This document shows positions 62,241 through 64,000 of a stretch of 64,000 bases of DNA, in pieces. Source of the DNA: Bacteroidia bacterium. Its GTDB lineage: Bacteria; Bacteroidota; Bacteroidia; 2-12-FULL-35-15. A model generated the notes under the pieces. It was not told the DNA's origin. It ran no database searches and worked only from the letters and a program-made list of their open reading frames with translations. Position 1 is the first letter of the stretch. The number at the start of each line of letters is the position of its first letter. The position numbers were made by a program, and so were the translations under genes. The stretch covers positions 5,559 through 69,558 of the forward strand of contig JAVHPE010000161.1 in NCBI GenBank assembly GCA_036170475.1, written 5' to 3'.

Positions 62241-62689
62241 TATGTGTTTTTTAATTCTTTTGGAAAATCCTGTTTAATGATATATACACCATCCATGGGG
62301 GTTTCCATTGGAAGCGCATCACGAAGATAAAAATACAAATGCGTTTCATCATTTTTATCGTTCACTATTTTCTCCGTTTTTTTTAATAATTTTTTCGAAA
62401 CAGCGAACTGCATATTTTTTCCACTTTCTGTAACACAATCAACAATAGTCATATCCCAAATTTCAAAACTAAATTCCTTATTGTCAGGAAAAAATCCCGC
62501 TAAGGTATAAATTGCATTGTTTTTTATTTTGAATTCCTTTAAAGGTTCAGACACTTTAAGCTCGTCTTCCCACAGGTATTTAATGTTGTCTTCCGATTCT
62601 TGCCCATCGTTAAAATCATCAGCAATGCCTTGATTAAACTCAGAGTTAACAAGTAAAAAGTGCAGGTGTAAATTCATAGTTTTTAACAT
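62240..62689 (-). CDS. Hypothetical protein
   Basis: 149-aa acidic protein, tightly packed between the thiolase gene (7-nt overlap) and pyrF (1-nt overlap). Confidence 0.5.
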   Translation of the reverse strand: MLKTMNLHLHFLLVNSEFNQGIADDFNDGQESEDNIKYLWEDELKVSEPLKEFKIKNNAIYTLAGFFPDNKEFSFEIWDMTIVDCVTESGKNMQFAVSKKLLKKTEKIVNDKNDETHLYFYLRDALPMETPMDGVYIIKQDFPKELKNT

Positions 62690-63891
62690 TTTTCAATTAT
62701 CACAGCAAACCCCTGCCCTACTCCAATACAAAGTGTCACGAGTGCGTAGCGTTTATTTTGTTCCTGCAATTCAATCGCAGCCGAATTTAAAATTCTCGCA
62801 CCACTCATCCCCAATGGATGACCGAGTGCTATGCCACCGCCATTAGGATTAATTCGCGAATCATTATCTGCAAGTCCCCATGTACGTGTGCAGGCTAAGG
62901 ATTGAGACGCGAATGCTTCATTGAGTTCAATTATATCAATATCTTTCATTGTTAAGCCTGCACGTTTCAATGCCATATTACTTGCTGCAACCGGACCAAT
63001 TCCCATAATACGCGGTTCAACACCTGCTACTCCACTAGACACAATCCTTGCTTTTGGAATTAAATTGTATTTATTGACTGCACCTTCTGATGCCAATAAA
63101 ATAGCGGCTGCTCCATCATTCAAACCTGATGAATTACCGGCTGTTACTGTCCCACCTTCTTTACGAAAAGATGCTTTTAATTTTCCTAAACCTGCTAATG
63201 AAGTATCCGGTTTTATGAATTCATCTTTATCGAAAATTTTAGGATCTCCTTTTTTTTGTGGTATTTCAACGGCAATAATTTCTTTTGCGAAACGACCTTT
63301 TGACTTAGCAGCAATAGCTTTTTGCTGACTCCAAAAAGCAAATTTATCTTGATCTTCACGGTTAATATTATCCCGTTCTGCCAGATTTTCAGCTGTTTCG
63401 CCCATCCCTTCAATTCCAAATAGCTCCTTCATTTTAGGATTTACAAAACGCCAGCCAATTGAGGAATCAAATAATTGCTGATCTCTGCCGAAAGCGGATG
63501 AAGCCTTTGACATCACTAAAGGGCAACGAGTCATGTTTTCAACACCACCGGCAATCATTAAATCAGCTTCGCCAACAATAATAGTGCGTGCCGCTGACAT
63601 AGCAGCTGATAAACCCGAAGCACACAAACGATTTACCGTTTCTCCCGGAACAGTATATGGCAATCCAGCCAGCAACAATGCCATACGAGCTACATTACGG
63701 TTATCTTCACCCGCCTGATTGGCGCAACCCATTATCACATCCCCAATTTCTTTGGGATCAATTTTGGGATTACGTTTCATTAATTCTTTTAACACCAAGG
63801 CGGCCAAATCATCGGTGCGTATGGTAGATAACGTTCCACCTAAATTCCCAATTGGAGTGCGGACTCCGTCAATTAAGTATGCTTGTTTCAT
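62683..63891 (-). CDS. Acetyl-CoA C-acyl/acetyltransferase (thiolase)
   Basis: Active-site Cys context VNRLCASGL, and C-terminal NEAFASQ, GGGIALGHPLGMSGAR and CIGVGQG. Confidence 0.93.
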   Translation of the reverse strand: MKQAYLIDGVRTPIGNLGGTLSTIRTDDLAALVLKELMKRNPKIDPKEIGDVIMGCANQAGEDNRNVARMALLLAGLPYTVPGETVNRLCASGLSAAMSAARTIIVGEADLMIAGGVENMTRCPLVMSKASSAFGRDQQLFDSSIGWRFVNPKMKELFGIEGMGETAENLAERDNINREDQDKFAFWSQQKAIAAKSKGRFAKEIIAVEIPQKKGDPKIFDKDEFIKPDTSLAGLGKLKASFRKEGGTVTAGNSSGLNDGAAAILLASEGAVNKYNLIPKARIVSSGVAGVEPRIMGIGPVAASNMALKRAGLTMKDIDIIELNEAFASQSLACTRTWGLADNDSRINPNGGGIALGHPLGMSGARILNSAAIELQEQNKRYALVTLCIGVGQGFAVIIEKC

Positions 63892-63910
63892 AATTAAGAT
63901 ATTTTTAGCA

Positions 63911-63978
63911 CAGATAACGAATGGTTATGAATTTACGAATCTGCGTGATTCGTAAATTCGTTTTTTATTCGTTATCTG
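63911..63978. repeat. Nested perfect palindrome upstream of the thiolase gene
   Basis: Outer arms are cagataacgaat (63911-63922) and attcgttatctg (63967-63978). Inner arms are gaatttacgaatc (63929-63941) and gattcgtaaattc (63947-63959) with loop tgcgt. Confidence 0.8.
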
Positions 63979-64000
63979 TACAATCCTTCAACTATATTTT

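Noticed and set aside
1-64000. CRISPR arrays, tRNA/rRNA genes, integrases, transposases, prophage or known defence-system genes
   Set aside because: I scanned the intergenic regions and ORF translations. I found no direct-repeat/spacer arrays, no tRNA-like T-loop or acceptor features, and no recombinase, nuclease or ATPase signatures typical of mobile or defence loci.

Overview
AT-rich chromosomal segment that looks like a Bacteroidota genome. Evidence: T9SS C-terminal sorting domains, CarboxypepD_reg-type outer-membrane barrels, barrel-TSP3 OmpA-like proteins, and short 'RITNYE/cgtaaattcg'-type and CCTCTCC-type intergenic palindromes. I support about 55 CDS. I saw no rRNA, tRNA, CRISPR array, integrase, transposase or phage genes. 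Housekeeping genes (pbpC, dnaB, uvrA, rfbC, surE, lpxB, pyrF, thiolase) are interspersed with four blocks worth a second look. (1) 39.4-55.0 kb is a self-contained, single-strand island. It runs PhnD-like binding protein + histidine kinase + sigma-54 regulator, then a sigma-54 promoter, then porin-like OMP + Fe-S subunit + Mo-bisPGD catalytic subunit, then tatA + FNR-like regulator + a near-complete Moco/bis-MGD pathway. It has no membrane quinol-dehydrogenase subunit and no cytochrome, and its substrate is unknown. This is my best candidate for an undescribed system. (2) 10.5-19.4 kb is a cell-envelope cluster of beta-barrel/TSP3 proteins. The usual OmpA_C domain is replaced by an EF-hand tail (three tandem paralogues) or by SPOR domains, and a 111-112 bp nested palindrome sits at the duplication junctions. 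(3) 55.0-56.3 kb is a decayed patch holding an acr3 arsenite-efflux remnant, a frameshifted T9SS remnant and a hairpin repeat. (4) Repeat biology: a 220-bp MITE-like element with terminal inverted repeats and a target-site duplication upstream of dnaB, and a GC-rich in-frame insertion of about 100 nt inside pyrF. All calls come from reading the translations and sequence by eye. No database search was possible, so family names are recognitions of motifs, not hits.
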